From the NCBI GenBank assembly GCA_964419675.1, contig CAYQPN010000003.1:11985-75984 (forward strand): a DNA stretch of 64,000 bases, written 5' to 3'. The number at the start of each line of letters is the position of its first letter. Positions within the stretch are counted from its first letter, which is position 1. Source of the stretch: an uncultured Candidatus Saccharibacteria bacterium. GTDB lineage: Bacteria > Patescibacteriota > Saccharimonadia > Saccharimonadales > SZUA-47. The notes below the pieces were generated by a model. That model ran no database searches, had not been told where the DNA came from, and was given only the letters and a program-made list of their open reading frames with translations. Below are positions 36,356 to 48,034 of the stretch, piece by piece. Position numbers and translations under genes: made by a program.

Positions 36356-36515
36356 GAACCCTCCTTTAGGCGCTTTAGTCTCTAGTTAAAACGCTTTAGT
36401 TTACATGTTTAGTATACAACCAATGTCAATGGGGCACTAAATATCAGAAACTACCCTCTCCAAACCGCTTTTAGTCTGATATTGTGGCTTCCAATATTTT
36501 GCTTAAGAGGAGTAA

Positions 36516-36944
36516 CTATCTTCGGTTGTGACGGCGTTTTAGGCCTGCGACTTGAAGCCTTACAGATGAACGGTCAACAAGGCTTTGTGCATGCGCTAGA
36601 GAGACTTCGTCTTTGGCCTCTGCCTTCAGCTTCTGGGCTAGCTCGTAAGCTTTTTGGGCCCCTGCTTCGCTAATTTCGTCTGCATGATCTGCCTCATCAA
36701 CTAACACCGTTAACTTGTTATCTGCTACCTCAATAACTCCGCCGTTTATAGCAAAATAATCTATCATGTCGTCTTTATCTGTAGGTTTTCTGCGAATTCC
36801 TACTACGCCGTGCGTAGCTACACTAATTAACGGCATATGCCCTGGCAAAACGCCAATTTGTCCGTCAAGGGTAGGCAAGAGCACTTCGTATACGTCTTCA
36901 CTAAACTTAACCCCTCCCAAGCTGACAAGTTCAAACAGTATCAT
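36516..36944 (-). CDS. atpC: ATP synthase F1 subunit epsilon
   Basis: 142 aa. VPGHMPLI-type motif (LPGHMPLISV) and a C-terminal helical hairpin. Last gene of the operon. Confidence 0.92.
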   Translation of the reverse strand: MILFELVSLGGVKFSEDVYEVLLPTLDGQIGVLPGHMPLISVATHGVVGIRRKPTDKDDMIDYFAINGGVIEVADNKLTVLVDEADHADEISEAGAQKAYELAQKLKAEAKDEVSLAHAQSLVDRSSVRLQVAGLKRRHNRR

Positions 36945-37407
36945 TAGATGCTACCCGGGGTAACACCACGAAAAGTTGCTAAATATTCAGCGGGTGCTCC
37001 AGTGACTATTGAACCTGTGTGATGCGGGTATACTGGACTAGTATTAGGGTTATCAACAGAATGTAGTATCACGCCGCCCATCTGCGTTCTTGTAGCTGTG
37101 TAATCATCACCATTCACTGTTACAATTTTAGGTTCAGTTGTGTCAGCATCTACTAAGCGACCTTCGCCGGGTTGAGGGGTTTCTTCAGACCCTACAATAT
37201 ACCCCCCTAATGCACCGACCGGGACGAAGAAATACTTACCGCTAGCTCTTACCTCACGATCTTTCTCCCTAGCTTCTCGTGCTTTTTCTCTTCTTGATAC
37301 CGCACCATGCCTTAAAACAAATCTTAGAAAGGGCGAAAGTGGTGCTCCACCAAGACTACAATCTAGGGGTTCATTATCATCCAGGAATCCATTATCCGCT
37401 TCAACCA

Positions 37408-37408
<1 letters not shown>
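36944..37408 (-). CDS. Unknown ORF (154 aa) inserted between atpD and atpC
   Basis: The start overlaps the atpD stop (TAATG, 37406-37410) and the stop overlaps the atpC start (TAATG, 36942-36946). No motif recognised. Confidence 0.55.
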
Positions 37409-38980
<1,572 letters not shown>

Positions 38981-38981
<1 letters not shown>

Positions 38982-39175
38982 TATTCTATAGCCTCACCTG
39001 TAGTAGCTTGTGTTGGAGGAAGTTCAGGTACCGTGTCTTTTGCCGGATCAATAACTGCGTGGTACATTGCGTCGCGTGCTGCAAGGTCTACGAGTCCTGC
39101 TGCCATCGATGGTGAGTGTGGTCTAATACGCCTAGGCAGTTCTTCACCTACATATTTTCCATTTATTTCGTTCAT
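38981..39175 (-). CDS. Unknown small ORF (64 aa) immediately downstream of atpG
   Basis: ATGA overlap with the atpG stop (39172-39175). Weak similarity to the 58-aa ORF (PRR near the N-terminus; LPPTQATTGEAIE versus [12 protein letters not shown] at the C-terminus). Confidence 0.5.
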
Positions 39176-40038
39176 TTCATTGCCTCCGCTCCACCCGTTA
39201 TTTCTGCTAATTCTTGTGTAATTGCTGATTGCCGGGCAGTGTTGAATGCTAGGGTTAAATCATCTATTAAGTCTGATGCGTTATCCGTAGCACTTTTCAT
39301 AGCCATCATTCGCATTGAATGTTCACTGGCGATACTCTCAAGCAAAGCCTGCCAAAGCTGAACTTCTAGTAGACGTTCTGTAACATTGTCTAAAACAATC
39401 CCAACAGACGGCTCAAAAGTTACGTTGTCTAAACTACTGACATTTTCTGTTGTCTCGTAGCGTGCTGGCAAAAGCGGTAATTTAGTAGCAACCTGTACTA
39501 AGTTAGATTTGAAATCTGTATATAGCAAAACTACGTCGTCAACTTGTTTGTTTTTATAAAGTTGAGATGCGGTATCTAGTAGTGGACGAACATCATTAGC
39601 CGTTGGCTGATCTCCAAAAGATTCGTAAGCGGCCAATAACTCCACACCTTCAAGCCGACGTGCAAAATTTGCAACTTGTTTACCAATGGCTATGACTTTT
39701 ATATCTAGACCAGCTTTTGTATCTTCAATAACTGATTTTGTAAGTAAACGCAAGATGTTAGCATTATATGCGCCAGCCAAACCACGGTTGGACGTAATGG
39801 CTATATACATACGATTTTTAACTTCACGTTGCACAAAAAGTGGGTGTTCATTAACTTCTGTTATCGCGCTTAAACGAGTGAGCAGGGAATAGGCAGCTTC
39901 GCGGTATGTTCGGCCGGATTTTGCATATTCTTGAGCCCGGCGCATCTTACTAGCCGCAACTAATTCCATAGCTTTAGTAATCTGCTTGGTGTTTTTAACC
40001 GAGCCAATCCGCCGCTTAAGAGTAATTGCATTAGCCAT
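39172..40038 (-). CDS. atpG: ATP synthase F1 subunit gamma
   Basis: 288 aa. N-terminus LKRRIGSVKNTKQITKAMELVAASKMRRAQ and C-terminus ITQELAEITGGAEA. Confidence 0.96.
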   Translation of the reverse strand: MANAITLKRRIGSVKNTKQITKAMELVAASKMRRAQEYAKSGRTYREAAYSLLTRLSAITEVNEHPLFVQREVKNRMYIAITSNRGLAGAYNANILRLLTKSVIEDTKAGLDIKVIAIGKQVANFARRLEGVELLAAYESFGDQPTANDVRPLLDTASQLYKNKQVDDVVLLYTDFKSNLVQVATKLPLLPARYETTENVSSLDNVTFEPSVGIVLDNVTERLLEVQLWQALLESIASEHSMRMMAMKSATDNASDLIDDLTLAFNTARQSAITQELAEITGGAEAMK

Positions 40039-40357
40039 TAATATAACCTTCTCTTTGAAATTCTTGCGATGCTATTAAACAACCTACTCTTATCCCGTTA
40101 CCGGCTGCCCAAAGTGCAGTAGCATAAACTTCATTATAATTCGCATCAAAATCATCATCATCAATTCCAACACAACTTACACCAGTAAATACTTCTACTG
40201 CGACTTCGCCAGCTATTCGATGGGCGTCTTCTTTAATTCTAAGCTGTGCAACGGGTATTTCAATATCAAATATGCGACCGGGAGTAAAATTGGCAGGATC
40301 CCGTAAATAAGAACATGCACTAGGCAAATCCATAGGATACTTGACTGCGGTTCTCAT
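40031..40357 (-). CDS. Unknown ORF (108 aa) inserted between atpA and atpG
   Basis: ATGA overlap with the atpA stop (40354-40357). Its stop lies inside the atpG start (ATGGCTAA, 40031-40038). No motif recognised. Confidence 0.55.
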   Translation of the reverse strand: MRTAVKYPMDLPSACSYLRDPANFTPGRIFDIEIPVAQLRIKEDAHRIAGEVAVEVFTGVSCVGIDDDDFDANYNEVYATALWAAGNGIRVGCLIASQEFQREGYING

Positions 40358-41946
40358 GATTTCTTTCCTTTTTTATCTGTGTTTTTTTCAGCTACTTCGG
40401 AAGAGACATCTTCGGTTTTATAGCTGTCGGCGATTTTGTGGGCTAGTTTGACGATTTTTTCTTTAAGTTTTTCGTCTGGTTCGTCACCTGAGTTTAGCTT
40501 TTCAACTTCTTTAGGGTAGTCATGCTTAAGTTCACGAAGTAAGTTAGCTTCTGCTGTTTTAATTTTGTCTAGGGCAACGTTATCAAAACAACCTTCTGTT
40601 GCTGCAAGCAATACAGCGTACATCTGCCAAATGGAGTAGGGGCTATACTGTGGCTGTTTTAGAAGTTCTGTTAATCTTTGACCGCGCTCAATACGATGGC
40701 GAGTATCAGCGTCTAGGTCTGTTGAGAATTGACTAAAAGCTGCTAATTCGCGGAACTGTGCAAGTTCAATACGCAGTGATTTGGCAACACTTTTTACGGC
40801 CTTAGTCTGCGCTGCACCACCAACACGTGATACAGACAAACCAACTGAAATAGCCGGGCGAATACCCTGATAAAACAAGTTAGTTTCCATAAAAATCTGA
40901 CCATCGGTAATAGAAATTACGTTAGTAGGAATATAGGCGCTAATATCACCAGCTTGCGTTTCAATGATTGGTAGGGCAGTCAAAGATCCGGCACCAAGTT
41001 CATCACTTAATTTAGCTGCTCTCTCAAGTAAACGAGAGTGCAAGTAGAATACATCACCCGGATACGCTTCACGACCCGGTGGGCGTCTTAGTAACAGCGA
41101 CATTTGACGGTAGGCAACAGCGTGCTTTGTAAGGTCATCGTAAACGATTAATGCATGTTGTTTATTATCTCTAAAATACTCACCAATTGTTGCACCAGTA
41201 TACGGCGCAAGGTACTGCATGCTAGCAGGGTCGGCGGCGCTGGTGGCAACTACAATAGTTTGGTCCATTACGCCTTCACGCTTCAAGCGTTCTACTAAAC
41301 GGGCAACCTTGCTAAGCTTTTGACCGATAGCCACGTAAATGTTTATAACACCGGTGTTTTGCTTGTGCTGGTTAATCATAGTATCAACAGCAATGGCAGT
41401 TTTACCCGTCTGGCGGTCACCAATAATAAGCTCACGCTGGCCACGGCCAATTGGCACCATTGCATCCACTGCGGTAATACCTGTCATTAGCGGTTCGTGC
41501 ACACTTTTTCGAGCCAACACACCAGGGGCAATCTGCTCAACTCGTGCAGATCTGGTAGCTTTAATAGCACCTTTACCGTCAATCGGTACACCAAGTGGGC
41601 TAACTACGCGTCCGATAAGCTCTGGACCAACCGGCACTTCAAGAACTTTATTAGTAAGTTTTGCAGTTGCGCCAGCTTTAATTTGAGTATCGTCACCCAA
41701 AACAACCGCACCAATTTCGTCAGTGCTTAAGTTGAAGGCAAATGCTGTAATAGCCTCACCATCATTTGCTTCAATGCTTATCATTTCGTTATAGCCACAA
41801 GACGTCAGACCATAAATCCAGGCTACACCATCACCAATACGAGTAACTACGCCGGTATTCTCAATTTCCGGACGCTTTTTTAGAGCCTCAATGGCTGAGC
41901 GGATATCACCTGCAAGCTCTTTTATTGAAATATCACTGCTGTTCAT
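40354..41946 (-). CDS. atpA: ATP synthase F1 subunit alpha
   Basis: 530 aa. GDRQTGKT Walker A. Has a ~30-aa Lys/Glu-rich C-terminal tail beyond the usual end. Confidence 0.98.
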   Translation of the reverse strand: MNSSDISIKELAGDIRSAIEALKKRPEIENTGVVTRIGDGVAWIYGLTSCGYNEMISIEANDGEAITAFAFNLSTDEIGAVVLGDDTQIKAGATAKLTNKVLEVPVGPELIGRVVSPLGVPIDGKGAIKATRSARVEQIAPGVLARKSVHEPLMTGITAVDAMVPIGRGQRELIIGDRQTGKTAIAVDTMINQHKQNTGVINIYVAIGQKLSKVARLVERLKREGVMDQTIVVATSAADPASMQYLAPYTGATIGEYFRDNKQHALIVYDDLTKHAVAYRQMSLLLRRPPGREAYPGDVFYLHSRLLERAAKLSDELGAGSLTALPIIETQAGDISAYIPTNVISITDGQIFMETNLFYQGIRPAISVGLSVSRVGGAAQTKAVKSVAKSLRIELAQFRELAAFSQFSTDLDADTRHRIERGQRLTELLKQPQYSPYSIWQMYAVLLAATEGCFDNVALDKIKTAEANLLRELKHDYPKEVEKLNSGDEPDEKLKEKIVKLAHKIADSYKTEDVSSEVAEKNTDKKGKKS

Positions 41947-41948
41947 TT

Positions 41949-42353
41949 TTATTCCTTCCCGGACGCCACTTGACGTTTAAATAAGTTCAATTTACTAAAT
42001 ATTGATAAATCCAGCTGTGCGCCAGGGAACTCTAGTTTCACTCCGCCAACTACGTAAGGATCAATGCGCTCGTCAATGGAATAAGATTTTGCATCAGGAT
42101 ATTCAGCGACCAGCAATTCTTTGATGTCTGTTAAATCTTGACCGCTTAATTTATGCGCACTTATAACGTCAACTTCAACAATCCCTTGTTCCAGCCGATA
42201 CTTCATAACGTCACGCATTATTGAGTCTAAATCTGAGGTAAGGTTTTCTTCCAATAAGTAAGCGGCTATTTCGCTAACCAATTTTGACTTATCTGTAATG
42301 TGCAACGTTCGTTGACAGATAAGATCAACTAAACCTTTTCTGGACTTACTCAT
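41949..42353 (-). CDS. atpH: ATP synthase F1 subunit delta (short form)
   Basis: 134 aa. C-terminal [22 protein letters not shown] matches the OSCP/delta C-terminal domain. Shorter than the usual ~180 aa. Confidence 0.8.
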   Translation of the reverse strand: MSKSRKGLVDLICQRTLHITDKSKLVSEIAAYLLEENLTSDLDSIMRDVMKYRLEQGIVEVDVISAHKLSGQDLTDIKELLVAEYPDAKSYSIDERIDPYVVGGVKLEFPGAQLDLSIFSKLNLFKRQVASGKE

Positions 42354-42886
42354 TATTTGTTGCGACCTTTCAAAATTTTGTCAATAAGTTCAGCATCCTT
42401 TTTAGGATCCACTTTTTCGCCAACTAGCGCTTCGGTCGCTTCAGAGATTAAACCAACAATATCTTTTTCAAGTCCGCGACGTGCACGGTCTGATTCTTCA
42501 TGAATTCTTGTGTCTGCTTCTGCAAGCATTGACTCTACTTTACGGGCGGTGGTCTTCTCAGACTCTCTCATAACTTCTCGGGCTTCTTTATGACCGGTAG
42601 CTACAATTTTGTCGGCTTCAATTCGAGCTTCTTTCTTTATCTCGGCTATTTCTTTTTCTTGTCTGGCTTTTTCTTCTTCAAGTTTTAAGCCCATTTTGAC
42701 TCCGTCATCAATGACTTGGCGACGTTCTTCAAGCATCTTAACTATAGGTTTTACTGCAAACTTATTAAATAACAGAACAACGATGACAAAAGTAATCAGC
42801 TGTACCACAAAAGCTTCAGCACTTATGCCCAGAGCACCTATGCCCGTTGCCTCTGCCTGCTCACTCGCAAATATGAATGGAACCAT
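42353..42886 (-). CDS. atpF: ATP synthase Fo subunit b
   Basis: One TM segment followed by a long charged helix. Start placed at ATG 42886 (AAGGA Shine-Dalgarno upstream) to avoid overlapping atpE. TAATG overlap with atpH. Confidence 0.85.
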   Translation of the reverse strand: MVPFIFASEQAEATGIGALGISAEAFVVQLITFVIVVLLFNKFAVKPIVKMLEERRQVIDDGVKMGLKLEEEKARQEKEIAEIKKEARIEADKIVATGHKEAREVMRESEKTTARKVESMLAEADTRIHEESDRARRGLEKDIVGLISEATEALVGEKVDPKKDAELIDKILKGRNK

Positions 42887-42908
42887 GTATATATCCTTTG
42901 AATGATCG

Positions 42909-43145
42909 TTATTTAATAATGAATAGAGACGCAAATACTAATAGTGCCATCAACTCTACGATAGCCACAAACACAAGAATCTGACCCAAGAACTTAGCTG
43001 ATTCAGGGTTTCTACCAACTGAATTCATGAAGGCCATACCAATCAAACCAATACCAATTCCGGGCCCTAACATACCAAGGCCAAGCATAAGACCCTTACC
43101 GACGATTTCTACGTTTCCTGTTAATTCTGCTAATATGTTGAACAT
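42909..43145 (-). CDS. atpE: ATP synthase Fo subunit c
   Basis: 78 aa. GPGIGIGLIG glycine motif and the conserved carboxylate in AIVELMAL. Confidence 0.93.
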   Translation of the reverse strand: MFNILAELTGNVEIVGKGLMLGLGMLGPGIGIGLIGMAFMNSVGRNPESAKFLGQILVFVAIVELMALLVFASLFIIK

Positions 43146-43197
43146 TTTCTCCTACTTTCGTTTAATAATTAATTACTTTAATTTTCTAAAGGACCAT

Positions 43198-44019
43198 CTA
43201 CATTTTCATCTCCGTTGCTATCGTCTCAAGCTCATCTGACTCGTCGTGCCCATGATGGACAGCTAGAGACAAATAAGTGACAGATAACATCACAAAAATA
43301 TAGGCTTGAAGAAGTGCTACTCCTAGTTCTAGGAATAGGAAAGGGAAAGATGTAATCGGTGCAGCAGATTTACCCAAATATGAAAAAACCGAAATAATAA
43401 TTTCACCGATAGCAACGTTTAAAAATAGCCTCAGCGCTAGACTAAATACTCTGACAAGTTCGTTAAAAACCTCATAAATACCAATTACGTAAGTTAACGG
43501 GTTCCATAGCTTGCCAGCAAAGTAGTGGCGCATATGCTTAATAGGGCCAGATTCTTGCACAGCGAAATACTGAATCATAATCATTGAAACTAGTGCTGCT
43601 GCGAAAGTTCCATTCAAGTCTGCTGTGAAGGCCCGAAACACCGGGGTACCGTTATGAGTTAAAGCTTCGCCAACTCCTGGCAGTAAACCTAAAATGTTGC
43701 TAAACGCAATAAGAAAGAATATTGAAACAAAGTATGGGCCATATTTAAGGGCTTTTTTACGGTCGCCTAGACTATTTTCAAGTAGATTAACTATAAAATC
43801 TGTCCCAATCTCAACCAACTGAGTAAAGCCGCCCTTCGGTTTTATTGTCATCTTCTTACTAATGTAGATAAAAAGAATAAGCAAAAGGGCAAAACTAACC
43901 CAGGCGTAGACCATAGAATTAGTAATTTCAAAACCCATGAATTCAAACAAACCACCTGGAGCAATATGCACTGTTGGGCCGGCATCTGTGGCCGCAAATC
44001 TGATCAAACTATTTAACAC
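43198..44019 (-). CDS. atpB: ATP synthase Fo subunit a
   Basis: 273 aa polytopic protein. LALRLFLNVAIGE contains the essential Arg. Confidence 0.93.
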   Translation of the reverse strand: MLNSLIRFAATDAGPTVHIAPGGLFEFMGFEITNSMVYAWVSFALLLILFIYISKKMTIKPKGGFTQLVEIGTDFIVNLLENSLGDRKKALKYGPYFVSIFFLIAFSNILGLLPGVGEALTHNGTPVFRAFTADLNGTFAAALVSMIMIQYFAVQESGPIKHMRHYFAGKLWNPLTYVIGIYEVFNELVRVFSLALRLFLNVAIGEIIISVFSYLGKSAAPITSFPFLFLELGVALLQAYIFVMLSVTYLSLAVHHGHDESDELETIATEMKM

Positions 44020-44335
44020 TACTTATCTCCTTTTTATCTGCTTCTTTTTGCTCTTTGCTGACTTGCTTAATGGTGTTCCAGACTATAGAGGCCGCTCCAC
44101 CGGCTGCAATGACTAGTGCTGCAAGTGTATAGGAAGGGGAACTATCAAAATGGTTATCAAGTCCTGCCCCTATGAAGACCGGTATTAATACTGCTCCGGC
44201 TAGTTGCCAACCCATATTCATTGATGAGATCAAGAACTGGCGCTTTGGGTTAAAAACTTCTAGTGCTTTTTGCACCACGTCAGTGTTATCTGTCACCCCA
44301 CCGTCGGGGGAGACTATTTTTGTCGTTTTTCCCAT
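44009..44335 (-). CDS. AtpI/AtpZ-like small membrane protein, first gene of the atp operon
   Basis: 108 aa with two TM segments. Position and size match AtpI/AtpZ. 11-nt overlap with atpB. Confidence 0.65.
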   Translation of the reverse strand: MGKTTKIVSPDGGVTDNTDVVQKALEVFNPKRQFLISSMNMGWQLAGAVLIPVFIGAGLDNHFDSSPSYTLAALVIAAGGAASIVWNTIKQVSKEQKEADKKEISSVK

Positions 44336-44492
44336 TCAATTAATTGTATCAGAAAGTCCTGGGGTGCTTCAAGATGTAAATCCTTGCCTATTTTTCGTAC
44401 ATTATTTTCACGGAGATAAAAGTGTGATTTTTAGCACATATAGTGTTCTGATTTGTTCTACTACACCATATATGTTAGAGTATAAGTGCTTT

Positions 44493-45032
44493 ATGGGCTT
44501 AGAGGAACTCCGAGTAACAAGCCAAGATGACGCGAGTTTTAGACAAAATCTCGCTCTTGTTCAAGGTGGGCTAATATTCGGTAGGATAACAGGACTATTA
44601 ATTAGACCGGCTAATTTTAGTGGCAATAATCTCATTGGTAGAATGAGTTCTGTTGATGTCGAAGCTATTGTTAATCAAAAAGGAGTTGTTGCTAGGGAAG
44701 GTAGACATAGAACAACTTCTGCAGAAATAGTGAAGGCTGTTCTACGAGAGACTCACCGAAGCCTAGGTGTACTTATGTTAAATGAAACCATAGATGACAC
44801 TGATAGAAAATTTACAGAATACGAACGGCTTAACCCCGAGCATGATATTACATTAAAAGTTGCAATAGAAGAGCAAGCTGATATATCGCAAAATACGGAT
44901 CTTATTCGTGGAATAGATGCTTTCGCAGAGGCAACTTCCGATTATTGGGGACGAGTATATGACGACACGCTACTAGAACCAGCAAAGAGATTTGCCATCT
45001 GGTTGATATGCCTAGAACGCAATGAAGTATAG
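44493..45032 (+). CDS. Hypothetical protein (~179 aa)
   Basis: The ORF-track start (44172) runs antisense through the atpI-like gene, so it was trimmed to ATG 44493 (alternative 44472). Confidence 0.4.
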   Translation: MGLEELRVTSQDDASFRQNLALVQGGLIFGRITGLLIRPANFSGNNLIGRMSSVDVEAIVNQKGVVAREGRHRTTSAEIVKAVLRETHRSLGVLMLNETIDDTDRKFTEYERLNPEHDITLKVAIEEQADISQNTDLIRGIDAFAEATSDYWGRVYDDTLLEPAKRFAIWLICLERNEV

Positions 45033-45077
45033 CCAATTAAATATCTGAAAAAACTGCTTTATTTATTTGTGCTTTTA

Positions 45078-45086
45078 TGCTATAAT
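45078..45086 (+). promoter_or_regulatory. Extended -10 promoter TGCTATAAT, 7 nt before an ATG (leaderless arrangement)
   Basis: Exact TGnTATAAT. ATG at 45094. Confidence 0.5.
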
Positions 45087-45093
45087 ATGGGCT

Positions 45094-45684
45094 ATGAGTG
45101 ATCAGCTATTATTAGAGAGAATAGACTATCTTTCTGGTACACCTGCCTCTAGTCGGGCAGTACAGTTACTCCAACCTGAGTTTTTTCACGATAAAAGTCC
45201 AGAAGAAATCGATTTTGAGTTAGGACGTTTAGTTTGTAATGTTTTTTTAGATCCAGACAATAGCGATGTAGTGGCAGTAAGTGTTCTCAACCCTAACCTT
45301 GACAGGGGAGATATTTTACTAGAATACTTAGTCGTTGATCCAGTAAAGCAAGGGATGGGCTATGGTAGGGAGGCGGTTAAGTTGACGCTTGCTGTAGCTT
45401 CTGACATGACATCCGACCCGAAAGCAGCGCTAAAGGGAGTCGCGCTAGCAGATGCACTGTCCTTCTACACTGCTTTAGGAGCAGAATTTGACCCAGATGA
45501 AGGTACGTTCTTTTTTCCGCTTGGCACAGACCAGGATGGTCATATCATCGAGTATACTAATGATTTGGAAGACGAAACTGTAGACCCCGACGACGCACAA
45601 CCAAAACTAACAGATGATGAATATCCGTATGATGCGTCCGAACTCGATGACGCTGCCATTTGGCTTGCTTCACTCAATACATAG
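45094..45684 (+). CDS. GNAT-family acetyltransferase-like protein with an acidic C-terminal tail
   Basis: YLVVDPVKQGMGYGREAVK resembles the GNAT motif A (Q/RxxGxG/A). Start chosen at 45094. Confidence 0.55.
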   Translation: MSDQLLLERIDYLSGTPASSRAVQLLQPEFFHDKSPEEIDFELGRLVCNVFLDPDNSDVVAVSVLNPNLDRGDILLEYLVVDPVKQGMGYGREAVKLTLAVASDMTSDPKAALKGVALADALSFYTALGAEFDPDEGTFFFPLGTDQDGHIIEYTNDLEDETVDPDDAQPKLTDDEYPYDASELDDAAIWLASLNT

Positions 45685-45731
45685 AAACGCACAAAATATC
45701 ACTGATAAAAAATATAAGTTATACTTTTGAC

Positions 45732-46307
45732 ATGGCGTTTGAAGATTTTAAGACTAAAAAATCTGTTGTGGTTGTCTATACCGGGGAAGGCAAGGGTAAG
45801 ACTAGCGCCAGCGTCGGTTTAATGGCAAGAGCATTAGGAAGAGACTGGAAAGTAGCTTACATACAGTTTGTTAAGACTTGGGAAACTGGAGAGTCAAAAT
45901 TCATAGATAAGATTATTAGGGCTAACATCTACGGAGAAAGCTTATTTTATTATCGAGGTGGCAAGGGCTTTTATAACGCGGGAGACATTAGCGCCAAGGG
46001 TGTTACAGAGGCAGAACATAAAAAAGCAGCGAAAGACACTTTCAAAATAGCTCTAGAAAAAGCCACATCAGGCAAATATGATTTGGTAATTTGTGATGAA
46101 ATTAACAATTCCGTACATGATGGTCTACTTTCGATCAATAAAATGAAAGATTTGCTGACAAAACGATCAGCTAATACCAGTGTTTGTGTTACCGGTCGTA
46201 ATTTTCCAAAGGATTTAATTAAGTTTACGGATATCGCAACGGACATGACAAAAATAAAGCACCACTTCGACGATAAATTCCTCGCGAACAAAGGCATCGA
46301 CTATTGA
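45732..46307 (+). CDS. cobO: Cob(I)yrinic acid a,c-diamide / corrinoid adenosyltransferase (CobA/CobO/BtuR family)
   Basis: VVVYTGEGKGKTSASVGLMARALG..VAYIQFVK..GE and DLVICDEIN motifs. Start at ATG 45732. Confidence 0.82.
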   Translation: MAFEDFKTKKSVVVVYTGEGKGKTSASVGLMARALGRDWKVAYIQFVKTWETGESKFIDKIIRANIYGESLFYYRGGKGFYNAGDISAKGVTEAEHKKAAKDTFKIALEKATSGKYDLVICDEINNSVHDGLLSINKMKDLLTKRSANTSVCVTGRNFPKDLIKFTDIATDMTKIKHHFDDKFLANKGIDY

Positions 46308-46339
46308 TTTACTAGATATTTATTGTATAATCTAGAACA

Positions 46340-46891
46340 ATGATTACCCTAAGGTCTGTTACTAGCCTTACTGCTATAGAAAAAGCTGCAAATAGTTCTT
46401 TTGAACTGCTCGAAGCTAGACAGATTCCAATACTCGACGATAGGCTTCGGTCACTTACTCATATCTCCATGAAACAGGCAGAGCACTTATTACAAGACAG
46501 TTATTCCCGTGCTTTACTCGGATTAGCAATTGCTGATACATCTTATATCGCTCTCGGTGCCAGGGATGCTCTAGCTTCTGCAGGTGTATCCCCTACAGAT
46601 ATACCGTCCGCTATCAAAGCTAGTAAACCTAACCTATTAACGCTTAGCGATTTACACGAACCAACACTCCGAGATTTACAGTTTCTTTGGAGTAGCAGGT
46701 ACAGCAGCGATATGTCCAGACTTCCGACACAAGTGCAGGAAGTTAATGTTACTCCTTTTGCGACAGTATGCTTCACAGAATCCGCTTTGGACGAAATAAA
46801 CAATGGTATGAGGTCTGGGGATGGTTGCCCAGCAAGAGGAGCAATTATGGACAGGTTTTTTGATCGTTTTGTCGATGTTGTTCTAGTTTAG
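46340..46891 (+). CDS. Hypothetical protein (183 aa)
   Basis: ORF only. TATAAT hexamer 10 nt upstream. Confidence 0.4.
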   Translation: MITLRSVTSLTAIEKAANSSFELLEARQIPILDDRLRSLTHISMKQAEHLLQDSYSRALLGLAIADTSYIALGARDALASAGVSPTDIPSAIKASKPNLLTLSDLHEPTLRDLQFLWSSRYSSDMSRLPTQVQEVNVTPFATVCFTESALDEINNGMRSGDGCPARGAIMDRFFDRFVDVVLV

Positions 46892-46900
46892 TTGTCGGTG

Positions 46901-47212
46901 CTACAAATCGCCTGCTAGGCGTTCTATCGCGTCCAATACTCTTTTGAGGGGTTTTTGGTGCAAATTAAGAGTATAAAACACTCTTAAATGGTCATGTGTA
47001 CGGTCAGCAGCAAGTAAGCCAACTTCAACCAATAGTTTTAACTTCTTGCTAAGTGTTGCTGGATTAATGTCTAGCTCTTCTTTTAACTCAGTGAACGTCT
47101 TCTCTCCAAACCTATCAAGTTCATATAATATCTTTAAACATGCATCATCACCGATTACATAGAATGAGCGGTAGAGAGTAACTAATTGCTGTTCTGTAAG
47201 CTGTCTTTTCAT
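46901..47212 (-). CDS. ArsR/SmtB-type winged-helix transcriptional regulator
   Basis: 103 aa. LKILYEL..FTELKEELDINPATLSKKLKLLVEVGLL helix-turn-helix. Confidence 0.8.
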   Translation of the reverse strand: MKRQLTEQQLVTLYRSFYVIGDDACLKILYELDRFGEKTFTELKEELDINPATLSKKLKLLVEVGLLAADRTHDHLRVFYTLNLHQKPLKRVLDAIERLAGDL

Positions 47213-47319
47213 TTGTATACTTTCTATACTAATTCATTATCACTACTGATTCATAATCTATAGTACTACATAATGCTTATCTTTTATGCTACGATTCAGA
47301 AAAGAACTGAGGGCAAATA

Positions 47320-47949
47320 ATGAGACAAACTACATTCAATAACTTAGTCTGGGGAATATTTGGGATATCAGTTTTATTACCGTTAATCTCTTGGGGGAGT
47401 GGGCTAGAGTGGGCCTTAGGCGAGCTGAGTATTTACCAGTGGTTTCCGCTGTTTGGAATGGTTGCTTGGATGATAATGTGGACCCATTTCTTTACCTATG
47501 CATTGCGAACTAAATTAGGAGACCTAAAAACACCTAAACATTACTCTCAGATTACTGGATATGTAGTTTTATCTGCAATTTTGTTACACCCGGGGCTTCT
47601 GGCTTATGCCCAATGGCGTAACGGGGAAGGATTGCCCACTGGTAGTTACTACGCCTACGCTGGGGAAAGCCTGAAGTTAGCGATTGCTATGGGAATGACG
47701 GGGCTATTAATTTTCTTGAGTTTTGAGTTTTTTAACCGAATGCGCAAAAACTTAACCGTGAAGAAGTACTGGACATTAGTATCACTGAGTCAAAGCCTGG
47801 CTATGACTTTAATTTTCTTTCATGCGCTCCGCTTAGGGGTTAATCTAGGTTCAGGCTGGTTTAAAGGTGTTTGGATAATCTACGGCATAGCCCTAATTCC
47901 ATGTTTTTACATTATTCACAAACGGGATTTTTCTAAAAAGACAGACTGA
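47320..47949 (+). CDS. Integral membrane protein (209 aa, ~6 TM segments)
   Basis: Hydrophobic profile with conserved His residues in the TM segments. Divergent from the ArsR-type regulator. Confidence 0.5.
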   Translation: MRQTTFNNLVWGIFGISVLLPLISWGSGLEWALGELSIYQWFPLFGMVAWMIMWTHFFTYALRTKLGDLKTPKHYSQITGYVVLSAILLHPGLLAYAQWRNGEGLPTGSYYAYAGESLKLAIAMGMTGLLIFLSFEFFNRMRKNLTVKKYWTLVSLSQSLAMTLIFFHALRLGVNLGSGWFKGVWIIYGIALIPCFYIIHKRDFSKKTD

Positions 47950-48034
47950 TAGTACTTTTTTGGTGGCTTTTCGCGCCACACGACGACCTACTTTCTTGTA
48001 TCAACCAGAAAGTAGGCAAAGAAATGACAGCCGG

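Noticed and set aside
36482-36963. Plus-strand track ORFs 36482-36673 and 36766-36963.
   Set aside because: They are antisense to atpC, which has a clear epsilon-subunit signature. No independent support exists.
39172-40357. Alternative genetic code (UGA read as an amino acid, as in some CPR lineages) as an explanation for the extra ORFs.
   Set aside because: TGA terminates atpA and atpG at their expected lengths. All recognised genes are full-length under code 11, so the standard code fits.
44172-44492. N-terminal 100-107 codons of track ORF 44172-45032.
   Set aside because: This part is antisense to the atpI-like gene and crosses the atp promoter region. The ORF was trimmed to ATG 44493 (or 44472).
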